NCBI GenBank assembly: GCA_051294905.1
Contig: CM119386.1
Coordinates: 10,602,001 to 10,666,000, forward strand
Reading direction: 5' to 3'
Origin: Botryllus schlosseri
Taxonomy: Eukaryota
DNA length: 64,000 nucleotides
Part shown: positions 1-52,449 of the stretch, piece after piece
How positions within the stretch are numbered: position 1 is the stretch's first letter
Layout: every line of letters begins with the position of its first letter
Notes under the pieces: generated by a model
What the model was told of the DNA's origin: nothing
What the model saw: only the letters and a program-made list of their open reading frames with translations
Databases searched by the model: none
Translations under genes and position numbers: made by a program

Positions 1-1529
1 CAGAGAACACGATAAACACAATGCGACATAAAACACGGAATGTGACTTGTAAACAATATTGCGACTGCGTATATATGCTGTCTTCGTATACGTTCAGTTT
101 TTGCAATTAGTATTCTATAATACTATATTATCACCACGACGCCAACCGTCATCGTCATTAGAATAGAATGAACTCATTAAACTGCGAATACTTATTAGAT
201 CGCCATTCCGACATCAGAGACGACTTGGTTTCGTTGTTTTGAAAAACAGAAGCGTAGACTACTGTACTGTCCCAACGAACAAGTATACAGCCGTACGTTT
301 GATACATAACTGCGGGCCTTTCCATGCGCTTCGTCGGTGTAATTGTAATAGAATGTAGAATGATAGTGTAGGCCCCGTGTAGGCTAAAATAGCTGGTTTG
401 TTTCCATCTGTTATTTGTTTTTCGGAATACCAGCAATCGTATAATTGATGATATGAGTGCTGAATGACTCGCAGCTGCTAAATTTGCAATGACTCAAAAT
501 TTCGGTGTACCATAATGCGACACTTTGAATGAAATCAGTATGCATAAATATAAACAGCAAAAAACTGCTTACAGCCCTTATCCACAACGACGGTTTGCAC
601 GGTCGCCAGTCTAAATTTAACCAGCAAGTATAACCACGGTGCCTGCATAGCCTTAGCAAAGGCTAAGATACCAGGTCGTGCTTTATTAGGCTTATTTCGA
701 TGACAAGATGGTCTCTTTGGCGAAGTAAATGCCGAGTTTATATAATACAAACAAATATGTTATCATCTGACACATCGATGGATAAAGCCCTGGATTGCAC
801 GCGGACAACGTGATCCTTTCACAATTCTTGTTTGTTGATCTTGTAATCTCGTGTTGTTATTGACCAAGAGTTTTCTCCCTGTTGTCGGAACTGCGAAACT
901 TGTGATTTTCTTTTTGCTCAACGTCAACTTCAACTGGTTTCATTTGTCGGAAGCTTCAACTAGAGCTACGTCGGTCATGGATGTGAAATGTGTACCAACC
1001 GCGGTTGGCGTAAATATTGCTGATAATCACAGCGGCGCATGGCATGGCGAGAATGGAAATGTGCTAGAAAAGAAACAACGGAAAAATTTGACAAATGGAT
1101 TCCCACCACTAGCATCCTAAAATCTCCATATCATTGACATTTACCGCTATTGACAATGTAGCATATCGCCGTCATGAAAATCTCATTTAAATTGTCATCG
1201 GTAAAAAGAGATATGGAGCTCACGGACATCAGACCGTCGATACGTTTTTCACACGATCACCTCAACAATATTCTGCTGTACGAGCATGCGGTACATATGA
1301 TGTTAGTTTTTTGCTCAGTTTTATTATTCGTCGATAAATAACTCAATTTATCATAGAAGCTATTGCTATGACCTTATTATAAGTTTACATGACATCACCA
1401 TGACTAGCGAATGTTATATTTGTACAAGACGGCAAACAGCGTACTTACAGAAGGCGTCAGAAATGATTTCACAGACATTGCGAAATCCACCATATGATTA
1501 ATTTATCAATATCACATGAGAGCGCTCTC

Positions 1530-1657
1530 AGAAATGAGCGGAAGCTCTCAGAACGCTCCGCGAAAGAGAATAGAAGAAACGAGATGAACCAGAATGTTCT
1601 TTGTCACTTATCACGTGACTAGCGGATGAATACAGTGACGTAACAGACAAGTATAAA
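1530..1657 (+). promoter_or_regulatory. Polyubiquitin promoter: heat-shock elements, E-box, CRE/ATF-like site, TATA box
   Basis: GAA at 1531, 1541 and 1551 in exact 10-bp phase (step-type HSE); inverted nGAAnnTTCn AGAATGTTCT 1591-1600; CACGTG 1612-1617; TGACGTAA 1636-1643; TATAAA 1652-1657. A further HSE-like AGAATTCTAGAAG lies at 1751-1763. Stress-inducible HSEs are typical of polyubiquitin promoters. Confidence 0.7.
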
Positions 1658-1772
1658 GATCAAGAACTCAACAACTGAAGATCTCATATGCCCGAAAGCG
1701 TCGTTACTAGAATACATACATAGCATTTGTGCAAGATATTACCGTGAAATAGAATTCTAGAAGATCCTGAAG

Positions 1773-4974
<3,202 letters not shown>

Positions 4975-5205
4975 GTATTGAAAATTTGCATGGTAAATTG
5001 ACGTATCTTGGTGTTCTCTATTATTATTGTTGACTAAATTTATCGTTTCCATTTTTGTGTTTTGTCACTACACAAGAATACATCCACACTCGTGTGTTAA
5101 CAGAATATTGTAGCTGATTTGGATTATGATTATATAGTTTCAGATTATTCGCAGGAGAGCTGATGTGAAGGCTTGTTTTAGCAACGTGTAAAATATTTCA
5201 TGTTT

Positions 5206-5245
5206 GTAGTAGTGGAGATTTGGGTGTAGTAGTGGAGATTTGGGT
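5206..5245. repeat. 20-bp perfect tandem duplication
   Basis: GTAGTAGTGGAGATTTGGGT x2. Confidence 0.9.
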
Positions 5246-5451
5246 AACCCTTGAAACTAACAGTGAGTGGATAAACGGGCTACCTTATTGGCAGAAGCGA
5301 GGCAGCCGCCTCATTCAGTGCTGAGTAAAACCTGTTGCTGAGTATTAGAAAACAGAGTTAGCTTGAATAAGGTTCCATATATATAAGGCGACTGGCGGCA
5401 ATGTATGGAATGGTCTGAAGGACGAAGCTGATATTACACATGACCTTAGAT

Positions 5452-5820
5452 AGCGGGGTTGATGCCAAGTCAATCTCACTGACTCACTCTCTTAATAGAC
5501 GAGTAGTTATCAATTCACCACAGATTCAAGTCAGCTGGTAGCCTAGCTAGAGGGTCGAGTCGGTGTTTCAATTCCAAGTCAAAAGTCATGTTATGTTCGG
5601 TTCAATCCGGTTACACCCACTGTTCTCAACTATGCTTGAGTGATACAGAATGGCTCGCATTCATAATATTGTAATTCTCCAAAGTTGTACCAGCTCCTGG
5701 CTCTATTTTCCAAGTATCAGGACTGACAGACGATAAGCTAATAATGTGATAACCTTACTATTCTTCGAAGTTACAATTAGTCAATACAAAAATGACTAGA
5801 GTCGTGATTTTTTGGTGAGT
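5452..5820. mobile_element. Degenerate older copy of the GACTCGAGTC hAT-MITE family
   Basis: TACACCCACT...GATA..GAATGG.TCGCATT.ATAATAT block (5613-5670) matches 6510-6566 of the intact element, and decayed GAGTC/CAAGTC motifs flank it. Boundaries are approximate. Confidence 0.6.
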
Positions 5821-6265
5821 CAATATTACCACCCTGTTTGATAAGTCGGTGTTATTATATACTGAGTTCATTCTTAATCTTGGACACCGTCTCACGCCGA
5901 CCTATGCACCACATTGCGTTATTTCCTAGGGCTAAGCATAAGCATATGACAAGAGTGGTTAGGAACTGTTTCATAGTACTCCAGAATGCCTACGCATTCA
6001 GTGATTGCATTTTCGGACAGCTGCTAGAGTTTCTCAAGCTAAATTACTGACTTCATATATACTTCATTTTGTTAAGTAAGATTGGACCAACATGTAGTGT
6101 CATTATCCTAGTCGCGAAGACTCATTCTGTAATTTCTTAATTCGATTGACTGCTGGAGTTATGAAACGCCTCATTCCAATCTACTACTTAAAACTCCTCG
6201 AGAACTTATCAGACCATGGGTTATGTATTTCTGCTGTCTATCCCTACTTCTAATATTGAAATTTG

Positions 6266-6859
6266 CAGGGTTGTAACCAAGTCACAAGGCTCCGAGTCAC
6301 AAGTCAATCTCACTTTTATATTTTTGACTCGAGTCATTTTTAATTCCCACCGAGTCCAAGTCAGCGAACAGAGGATCGAGTCCGAGTCATGGTATTATGA
6401 CTCGAGTCCGAGTCATGGTATTATGACTCGAGTCCAAGTCATGGTATTATGACTCGAGTCCGAGTCCAAGTCATTGTGTTGACTGCTCAGTTTCCAGTTA
6501 AAGTCTTCCTACACCCACTTTTTTAACTCTGTTTGGTGATATTGAATGGTTCGCATTTATAATATATCAATTTTCCTCACTTTTAGCAGTTTCTGGTCGT
6601 ATTTTCAAGCACCAGTACCAACAAACGAAATCCCAATAATGTGTTGGCTTCGAAATTACAATGAAATGTCGGTCTTGGCTGTCTGAATCTCGAGTCAATG
6701 ACTTGCTTCGAGTCATGCGCAATGACTCGAGTCCAAGTCGAGTCAATACACAGATTGACTCGAGTCGAGTCATTTCCGTATTTTGAGAAAATGAGTAGAG
6801 TCGAGTCATCCGAAAATCGTGACTCGAGTCGAGTCATGACTCGAGTCATTACAACCCTG
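6266..6859. mobile_element. hAT-type MITE with GACTCGAGTC palindromic motif arrays
   Basis: TIR CAGGGTTGTAA...TTACAACCCTG; perfect 8-bp TSD GAAATTTG (6258-6265, 6860-6867); internal ~26-bp unit GAGTCATGGTATTATGACTCGAGTCC x3; no coding capacity. Confidence 0.9.
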
Positions 6860-7252
6860 GAAATTTGAGACATCCACACTTCTGCTACAATGTTGACTAT
6901 GACATACTTCATGGTTAAGTACAAATGCATCATTTTGTGTCTTCTATGACAACATGTGATCAATTTCACCAGTTTTATCATAGTACAATCAACTTTGTAT
7001 GATTAGTGCACGATTTCACCAAAACAGAATGTTTGGACTGCGGTTGATGAGCTTTTCTAGCAGTGGATAGTTTCCTCTCTTCTGACACAGTGGTGGATTG
7101 TTTGGCAAACCATCTTGGGTTCCCTCTAGTAGCCTTCTAGACACTTCGATTATATCATCGATAACAGGCACAGGCAAAAATTCCACGACAAAATCTTTCA
7201 TTCAGGTTATATTTGAAAATAGCAGCAGTTAAGAAAAGTAATTAAGGCCTAG

Positions 7253-8608
7253 TTATTTTTTGGAAGGTTCCATTTCAGCGCTGTCCAGAGATTTCAGCAG
7301 CCTAAAGAGGCCGGCCGCCTCTCTAATCCTACTAAACTCGATGCAAAACGCCTGAACTTCAATGAACAGGTCTTTCACGTTAATGATTCGGTTTCTAATC
7401 AGGGATTGCAGGAAAACGCAGACAAGTCGCACGAGTCTATTTTGCATGTACTTGTCCTTGATAGTTTCGCACGTGGATATGCAGTTCGAAATGTACAAAT
7501 GAATGAATTCTGTAGGCAATTCGACGGCAGTGGTGAGCCGATTCACAACTTCCATCGAGTGCAGCGACATCTCCATATTGACCAAAACTGAGAAGTATTC
7601 TGTAATTTGGTTTGAAGGCATGAGCAATAGCAGCACTTCAATCGCCACAAGCGGGTTGTTTTCGACCAGATCTGGCAATTTTGCAGGAGTCAATCCAATG
7701 TGATAGATGAGCTTTGAATCTTCGTTCAACTGGGTCTGCAGCTGCTGTTGCTGGCTGTTTGTCAATGTGCTTTTGAAAGCCTTTTGCATTAATTTTTTAG
7801 CTTCCCCGGTCTTATTGCTGTTCTTTGTCATAGCCGCGTCCCATGCAAATTTATGACGGACAGGGTTGGTCGGATTCATCCAAACCATTTCATTACTTGA
7901 CGAATGTAACAGCGGCACAGGTCGAATAAAAGATGGTCGGAGATTTTCAGAAATGGGAGCTGTCTTACCGCACAGCATAGCTTCAAGCACTTGCTGCTGT
8001 ACTGGTTTACCATCCATAGGTTGGTCCCCTTTTTGCAAAAGAGATTGTTCTATATGCGGTAATACACAAGGTATGCTTGTTTTACTGATGACAGGTATTT
8101 GCGATTGCCTCTCCACCAAACTCAATTGCAGCCCGCTAACATCGTACACAGACTTTGGTGGTTGTGATCCCGAGTCGCCGTCTGTGGTAAGGATTTGCTT
8201 TGGTGTGCATTTGAATAACTCCTTATTTGGAAGTGATATGAGCTGTGATAAGAACATTTTTTCGGATGAGGAAATGGGCGTTATTTTACCACCGATCGTT
8301 TCCGAATTACTAGAAGCCGAGTTTTGTAGGAGATGGACGAAGACACCAGCAAATGGGTTTGATGCAGTCGGGTCCGATTTGTACATATCATACAATAGAT
8401 ATATAGCCGCTAGTCTCTGGTGCGATCCAGGCAAGTGGTCGTGATTTTGGAGCAAAAACACCAACGCAGACCCAACCCTGAAATGATCTTGCTTTGTGAA
8501 GCCTACTTTTTGCAATTCCGCTCCGATGTTTTCGAATGATGTGGATGCGACCGATTCTTCTTTCAACATGGTCATCAGATTGCCCAGCTCTTTGGTACTC
8601 AAATGCAT
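7253..8608 (-). CDS. CNOT11: CCR4-NOT complex subunit 11, intronless, 451 aa
   Basis: C-terminal [16 protein letters not shown]...[13 protein letters not shown]...[21 protein letters not shown]...[10 protein letters not shown] is the CNOT11 (DUF2363) signature. The N-terminal F.K.DHFRVG and [12 protein letters not shown] motifs are also present. Confidence 0.96.
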   Translation of the reverse strand: MHLSTKELGNLMTMLKEESVASTSFENIGAELQKVGFTKQDHFRVGSALVFLLQNHDHLPGSHQRLAAIYLLYDMYKSDPTASNPFAGVFVHLLQNSASSNSETIGGKITPISSSEKMFLSQLISLPNKELFKCTPKQILTTDGDSGSQPPKSVYDVSGLQLSLVERQSQIPVISKTSIPCVLPHIEQSLLQKGDQPMDGKPVQQQVLEAMLCGKTAPISENLRPSFIRPVPLLHSSSNEMVWMNPTNPVRHKFAWDAAMTKNSNKTGEAKKLMQKAFKSTLTNSQQQQLQTQLNEDSKLIYHIGLTPAKLPDLVENNPLVAIEVLLLLMPSNQITEYFSVLVNMEMSLHSMEVVNRLTTAVELPTEFIHLYISNCISTCETIKDKYMQNRLVRLVCVFLQSLIRNRIINVKDLFIEVQAFCIEFSRIREAAGLFRLLKSLDSAEMEPSKK

Positions 8609-9330
8609 CGTTGGTTTTTATTATTTTAGAAGCGTGATATCTGAAAGTTTGCACACGAACGTTTATTTTTGATCACAAATTCAATAATATTTTACAAGCT
8701 ATTTACGCTCAAACAAACAGGTCAAATGGCAATTTTAGTAAATCTTCGCATACCGGTACTACACACATGGGTTTTCAATATAATGTGATGGAATATAAAA
8801 AATGACAATGTGTGAGTATAGTTTGACATACCATTCCAAATTGAGATATTTGACTCAATAAACTGAAATATTGATATTTGAAAAATTATCTAGCAATAAT
8901 CCAATTCGGAGTAGAATTTTGAAAAATGTCTTGAAGTATACCTTATCTACTATGCAACATATAGTTAACCATTGGTGCCAGTTCAGTCATTAGCGATTTA
9001 TGATATATATCCCAACAGAATACAGAGATCATTTATAAATTGGAGCGCAGGCACATCAATGTTGCTAAAACCATAGTATGAACACCATCATCAATATTGA
9101 TAAATAGTAAATGAGTCTGCCAGAATTGAATTTAAGGCGTTGTATAATTATTACATGTTAAAGACCAGACATTTGCGTCACATAGGAAAACGAAGTGAAA
9201 GATAGCTTTTCTGGTGTCACAAAATTGAAATGCAGAGCAAAATAGCCACCAATGAACATACAATTTGATCAAAAATTCTCTAACTTCAAAACTCTATTGA
9301 AACAGTATACAGTGAACGAAGTTAAGCATG

Positions 9331-9639
9331 TCATAAAGAACTATTCAACGACTCTTTTTCATAAACCAAACTTGCAATTTTTTCCTCAACGTCTTTAGCG
9401 GAGAGATTCGATAATGCAACGCTTTTTTCCACACCAAAATCAAATCTTGCGTACACTTTTGGCTCGATGTTGCTGCACTCTCTCACAAGAATGGGAAATC
9501 TGAGATTTTGCTTCTTGATTGGCACATATCTCGTCTCAATGAATTGTCGCACCCCTTGACTTGATGGGGAGGTTTGACACAGGTGTATGCGAAGCTCCTT
9601 AATATATTTAGATAAATTTCCAACTTGTCTTGCAGCCAT
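9331..9639 (-). CDS. NDUFA2: NADH:ubiquinone oxidoreductase subunit A2 (B8), intronless, 102 aa
   Basis: [66 protein letters not shown] is the L51/S25/CI-B8 motif. The likely true ATG is at 9639, not the TTG at 9738 given in the ORF track. Confidence 0.95.
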   Translation of the reverse strand: MAARQVGNLSKYIKELRIHLCQTSPSSQGVRQFIETRYVPIKKQNLRFPILVRECSNIEPKVYARFDFGVEKSVALSNLSAKDVEEKIASLVYEKESLNSSL

Positions 9640-11578
9640 TCCGAAGTATGAAACTATTTCACCAAGTAAACTGCAGTGCTGTAGCCTGGTTTGACTTCGT
9701 TGTTTCCTCTCTTCGCAGCTCCTTTCACCCTCATTCAACCTGATTGAATGACAGTGATGTACTAAATTGGTTTGATGCGCTCGTGATGATCAGTACAATA
9801 TTCCTATAAATGAAGTTTTTCAAATGTAAAATTGGAAAATTTATCTCATATATGACACATAGATGAAGGAAAGAACATAAATACAAGCTGGCTTACGGTA
9901 TATATAGATGAATTTGCAGACTGAAGTCGGGAACTCAGCATACCATGGTTTACTGCTGCTATGCCCAATCCTGTAAAAATAATTCGATGGTTAGAAGGCT
10001 TAGCAAGAGTTCAGCATCAGAATCAAAATCTCATCGAGCGGCGAATTGCATAGGGAGGAATTGATACGGATGGGAGTAGCGCGTAGCGGATAGGGAGTAT
10101 AGTTCCTCTTCGTTGTTGTTGATGCTCTAAAATTGTGATCGTTTGTTTGCTATCGTGCTACTTAGCACACGTTATTGACAAGGTATGCAAATGTACCCCA
10201 CTTCAGCACTGACATCAAAAAGAGGAGCTTCGTGGATGGAGGTACAAAACTTCAATATACATGCATTGAATAGTGTATTCGTATTGAAATCTGAAATGAA
10301 TCCGAAATTAGTCGGGTTAATTTCGAAAACAAGAGTATTAATCTCGCGATTCCGATTGGCTATCAGAGTTGATCTCAATCTGATTGATGTCATTGATCCA
10401 ATGATATGGTCTGTTGAAAATTATATGGGTAGGCCAATATACCGGAACTTCTAAAAAATATTGCCTCAGTAGGCTACATAGTGCATCTTATGAATTGAAA
10501 ATTAATCCCAGAAATCTACCGATATAATTATATGATCATCGTTATTGATTTCATATCTCCGTACGACCGTGTATCATTTTTCCTGAATCCTGATGAATAC
10601 AACCGGAAATTTATGTGCGGTTTGTGGCCTTTTCAACGGCCAAAGGGTCGGTTGCTTTGCTTACTAACTGACTGAAAAACAGGTCATGATTGTGACGAAC
10701 TGACGATGCTTATAATTTTGTGTAGGCCTATGATTAGTGACTGCTATTAACTGCATTAATACTAAGATGGCTCGTTTCCACAATAAGCAGAATCCTTTTC
10801 AAAGAATATCATGCTGGGAGTCCTCCCGTTACTCGAGCATTTCACTGAAGTTTGACTCCGTTATTTCAGCCCCTTTAATCCCATCTCTTGTATTGTTTGC
10901 TTGATATTTCTAAAAGAAGATGATAAATTTTAATTTTGTTGACGTGAAGGTCTATTTTAATATTTCTCTTGGTAATGTATATAGTTAAACTTTATGTAGT
11001 CGCTTGTCCCTTGCTCAGCAAATCATAAGCAGCACTTTTTCGCCTTCAATTCCATTACTGTTTTTCTTTTCTTTATACGTCCTTGATTTGCATGAATTTT
11101 TGAAGTTGTCAAATAACCAGCCATGGTGTGCTAGTAGCTCTTGGATAACCGATGATCTATCCAAGAAACAATGCGATAAAACACTTCTGTTCCAAAGGCT
11201 GAACTTTCTATGCATTAGCTAGTGAGCTTTAAGCAGCTGATTCTACGAACAACTATTCTAGGGCTAATACATATTGGAAGCACATTGTGGTGCAATTTTT
11301 CAGGCTACTCAATCAATTGGTCCGACAATATTACCTTCAGTAGGTCTAGATCTTGTTAGATTTTGATTGTGGTTTATACTCGTGTAGAGCATGATGGTTC
11401 ATGTTAGCGAATACATTATGGAATATATTATTTTGTGTCTGCTATTCCATGTCATCAATCACAAACGAGATTGTCCATTTTTGTTTTTGTATCTTCATTT
11501 TGCCTGATTAATTAAAGGGATTTTCATTTATATTATTGCTTTAACAGCGGAATAGCGTTGTAGGTAGATTGTTCACTA

Positions 11579-14011
11579 ATGTCAGCAATCAAGCCTATAA
11601 ATCACAGCACTGTGCACCAAATATGCTCCGGACAAGTCATCCTCGACCTTGCTACAGCCGTGAAAGAGTTGCTGGAAAATGCCATCGACGCGGGGGCATC
11701 TGTTATTGAAATCAGGTTGAAAGAATATGGAATGTCATCTGTCGAAGTTTCCGACAATGGATATGGCATTGAGGAATCCAATTATGAAGGATTAACTATG
11801 AAACATCACACTTCGAAATTGCAAGAGTTTTCAGATTTAACATCGGTCGAAACGTTTGGGTTTAGAGGCGAAGCATTGAGCTCGCTATGCGCGTTGAGCA
11901 ATCTAGTGGTTACCACTCGTTGTAAGTCTTGCACAGTCGGACATAAATTGGAGTATGATCACCAGGGCAAGATACTGAAGAAATCGTGTGTTGCAAGACA
12001 AGTAGGCACTTCTGTTCTGTTGAAAAATATTTTCGTGCCCTTACCTGTCCGGCATGTTGAATTTGTGAGAAATGTCAAGCGCGAATTTACAAAATTGCTC
12101 AACCTCATGTATTCCTATTGTATGGTATGCACAGACGTGCAAATATCATGCACTAATGAAGTGAAATCTGTTAAACGTGAAGTTTTCAGGACTAATAATA
12201 ATAACTCCACTGAAGATAATATTGTCTCACTCTTTGGGAGCAAAATTTTCAAGTCTCTTCTTCAATTCAAACAGACAGACCCAACAATAGAAAACTGTGA
12301 AAGATATCACATAAATCATTCCGACTGCTTGGAGTTCAGCAAAGACTGTGGGATCTCCGGATATATTTCGTCATGCGAGGCAGGGCGCAAGTCGGCCGAT
12401 ATGCAGTTTGTATCTGTAAATAAACGCCCTTGCCATGTTCCGAAAGTCACAAAGCTTGTAAATGAAGTATTCCGTTTATTTAACAAAAGCAATTTCCCTT
12501 TTACGCAGCTTGACATTTCTATCAAGCGTGATGACGTTGATATAAATGTTACTCCCGACAAAAGGCAGGTGTTTTTAACTCACGAAAAGGCCATCTTAGC
12601 CATAATCAAGTCGTCTTTGTACGAGTTGTACAATGGCCGCAATCACATCATTGGAACGTTGTCCTCAAAAGGACTGATACAGTCAAACCTGACATGGAGT
12701 TTGAATCCGAATACTAGATCTGAGGAATGTAGCACAGATCTCAAGGAAAATATATCTCATTCAAAGCCTCTACAATTAATTGATATTCCTCCCAATCCCC
12801 AAGTCGATCGTTCTGTTACACTGCAACCTACAGCGTTATGTGGCATTGATTGTGATGGTGATGTAGCAACATCACCGAGTCCAACTCAACTCGAGGACAA
12901 GTCTGGGATTGATTTGACAGACTTTGGTGTTGGAAGACTTGGAAAGAAATTACCAACGAAGGTTTCGCCCAATAGAAATTCTTTCTCTGACTTTGAAAGC
13001 ACTTTTTCGGAAACTAGGACTATTCAATTACAAAGCGCAAGTTCACGTTTGTCTTCCTCGATCGGAAAATTTATTTCCAAGACCGAATCAGCTATTCTGA
13101 ACTGTGGCAAACTGCCTCTGGCAGAATTGAATAGAAGTGATATGCAAGACAGGCCTGATTTATCTGTTGCACAAGTCACAAATGCTAGTGATTTGAATAG
13201 CTCATGCACTGAGACATTTGACTCTGCCGACGACATATGTGAATCGCGACATAAGCCATGTCAACAACTGGCATTTTCGTTTGAAAACTTGGAACACAAT
13301 TGGAATTTGAAAGATAAATTAAGGTCTCGTGAGAATGAAGGTTCCAAAGTTGGTGGATTGTTCAAAGCCAAAATCAAGGCGTCAGAAAATAACAAAGCGG
13401 AAAAAGAACTCAGCAAGCATTTCGAGCGTGAAGATTTTCGAAACATGGAAGTAATCGGTCAATTCAATCTCGGTTTTATTTTAGTGAGATTCGGTAAGGA
13501 CTTGTTCATTGTCGACCAACATGCCAGTGACGAAAAGTACAACTTCGAAGATTTACTCAAACACACGAAGTTGAAGGGGCAGGTATTGATTGTGCCACAA
13601 AAATTGGAGTTGACTGCTAGCGACATAATGGTGCTGGAGGAAAATATGGAGACTTTTGTTCAGAACGGGTTTAGTTTCGATATTCGAGAGACTGAATCTG
13701 GACCGAAATCGGTATTCCTTTTGAAAGTGCCGTCGAGTAAGAACACAGTATTTGATGCGTCGGATGTGTCTGAGCTTATCTTCTTACTTCGTGATTCCCC
13801 TAATGTCCTCTGTCGACCATCTCGGATTCGTAGTATGTTTGCTTCGCGTGCTTGTCGCAAATCGATTATGGTCGGCACCGCTCTGACGAAAGAAACGATG
13901 ACCCGTCTTGTGAGGCATATGTCCGAGATGGATCAACCTTGGAATTGCCCTCATGGTCGACCAACAATGCGACATCTGATAGACATGTCAATGGTTCTCA
14001 AACCTGCGTGA
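11579..14011 (+). CDS. PMS2: Mismatch repair endonuclease PMS2 (MutL family), intronless, 810 aa
   Basis: GHKL ATPase motifs (KELLENAIDAGA, DNGYG, TFGFRGEALSSL); endonuclease motifs DQHASDEKYNFE, ACRKS and CPHGRP; PCNA-binding QVLIVP. Confidence 0.97.
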   Translation: MSAIKPINHSTVHQICSGQVILDLATAVKELLENAIDAGASVIEIRLKEYGMSSVEVSDNGYGIEESNYEGLTMKHHTSKLQEFSDLTSVETFGFRGEALSSLCALSNLVVTTRCKSCTVGHKLEYDHQGKILKKSCVARQVGTSVLLKNIFVPLPVRHVEFVRNVKREFTKLLNLMYSYCMVCTDVQISCTNEVKSVKREVFRTNNNNSTEDNIVSLFGSKIFKSLLQFKQTDPTIENCERYHINHSDCLEFSKDCGISGYISSCEAGRKSADMQFVSVNKRPCHVPKVTKLVNEVFRLFNKSNFPFTQLDISIKRDDVDINVTPDKRQVFLTHEKAILAIIKSSLYELYNGRNHIIGTLSSKGLIQSNLTWSLNPNTRSEECSTDLKENISHSKPLQLIDIPPNPQVDRSVTLQPTALCGIDCDGDVATSPSPTQLEDKSGIDLTDFGVGRLGKKLPTKVSPNRNSFSDFESTFSETRTIQLQSASSRLSSSIGKFISKTESAILNCGKLPLAELNRSDMQDRPDLSVAQVTNASDLNSSCTETFDSADDICESRHKPCQQLAFSFENLEHNWNLKDKLRSRENEGSKVGGLFKAKIKASENNKAEKELSKHFEREDFRNMEVIGQFNLGFILVRFGKDLFIVDQHASDEKYNFEDLLKHTKLKGQVLIVPQKLELTASDIMVLEENMETFVQNGFSFDIRETESGPKSVFLLKVPSSKNTVFDASDVSELIFLLRDSPNVLCRPSRIRSMFASRACRKSIMVGTALTKETMTRLVRHMSEMDQPWNCPHGRPTMRHLIDMSMVLKPA

Positions 14012-14801
14012 GTCTGCGGTGACTTGAATTTATGCTCGTACATACGGTACACACATAATTCTGATCCCCGTAGCAGTCAGAATTCAAAACACAAAGGTAG
14101 TTTAGCCGACTTAAATGCCTGTAAACTTTCCGTCAACTTAACTAAATCACAGGCATTAAAACATTGAAGCTGATTTCTCTGTCAAAGAAATTACATTCCA
14201 ACAGGACTGGTCAAGACCTTACTGTTTCAGAATTTTGTATACGACTTAGGAAGTCGTATCAGTTTTGATTAGCTATGCTAGACTCAGTAGACTGTATTTT
14301 TTGTCATCTTGATTTCTGCCACTTATTGTTCTGCTGCTCATGTTTCACATCAATGGAACAGACCAGAGGATAGCAAACTCCACATCAGCTCTCATTAGTC
14401 TGCTGAACTTTCCCTATTTGTAATATTTGGATTCTCCCTATTAAATGGCGCAATTGATTGGGTAATGGGTATCGGTCTAGAAATGCCTAATAGGCCTGCC
14501 TATTGAATGTTAGATGTATCTAACTTTCTTATCTGCAACCCGAACACTAGGATACATCCTAATACGGTACTTCAGAACCAGCTCGTGTCTCTAAGTCACT
14601 GCCGTTGCTTGCCCTTTAATGGATGAAGCGTTTGTCAAATTCTACTTTTTGTTTTTTATGTTTTATTCACAATTTTCTCAAAACTTTCCAGGTGTTATTG
14701 CATGAGATGCGGATTCAATAGTAAATGTGCTTTGGCCCTACTATGATCAGATCGTTTTAACACGCTGGCTATCGCCACCTTGTTCTCTCCATCAACTGTG
14801 A

Positions 14802-52096
<37,295 letters not shown>

Positions 52097-52449
52097 CACT
52101 GTTGTTACGTTTCTCTCGTTCGACTTCGTGTTCCTCTATGGTACTCATTGTTTCTTTCTTCTCTCTTTTTTATGGTACTTTTTGCCTTCGACCGCGATCG
52201 GCGACTTGGTTCTGTATCGCATTAGCAATATTTTTGTGGGCCGGCTGGCTGTGTTTTTAAAATCGCGCGCAATTTCTTTCTGTGATTTTTGTTGTTATCG
52301 ACTATTATGTGAATGATCAATGCTCGTTATTGACATGGGAAATATGTCTGTTTTCCGACACCTACCTTCTGTGTTAAGTCTGGGCTGGGTAAGAGTAAAT
52401 GAAGGAGGCAGCGGCTGTCAGGCGGGGCAATGTATTAAATAAGGTGATC

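Noticed and set aside
158-1120. Short ORFs upstream of polyubiquitin (158-436, 411-659, 535-750, 851-1120)
   Set aside because: No recognisable domain, no consistent splice-phase chain and overlapping frames. A decayed gene on the minus strand cannot be excluded but is unsupported.
6216-6981. ORFs rich in TR/LES/DS
   Set aside because: Translations of GACTCGAGTC repeats of the MITE.
9640-9738. 33-aa N-terminal extension of NDUFA2 from the ORF track
   Set aside because: Starts at TTG. Homology begins at MAARQ (ATG 9639), which gives the normal ~100-aa length.
10172-11222. Possible small gene between NDUFA2 and PMS2
   Set aside because: Several exon-like stretches, but I could not assemble a credible ORF or recognise a protein.
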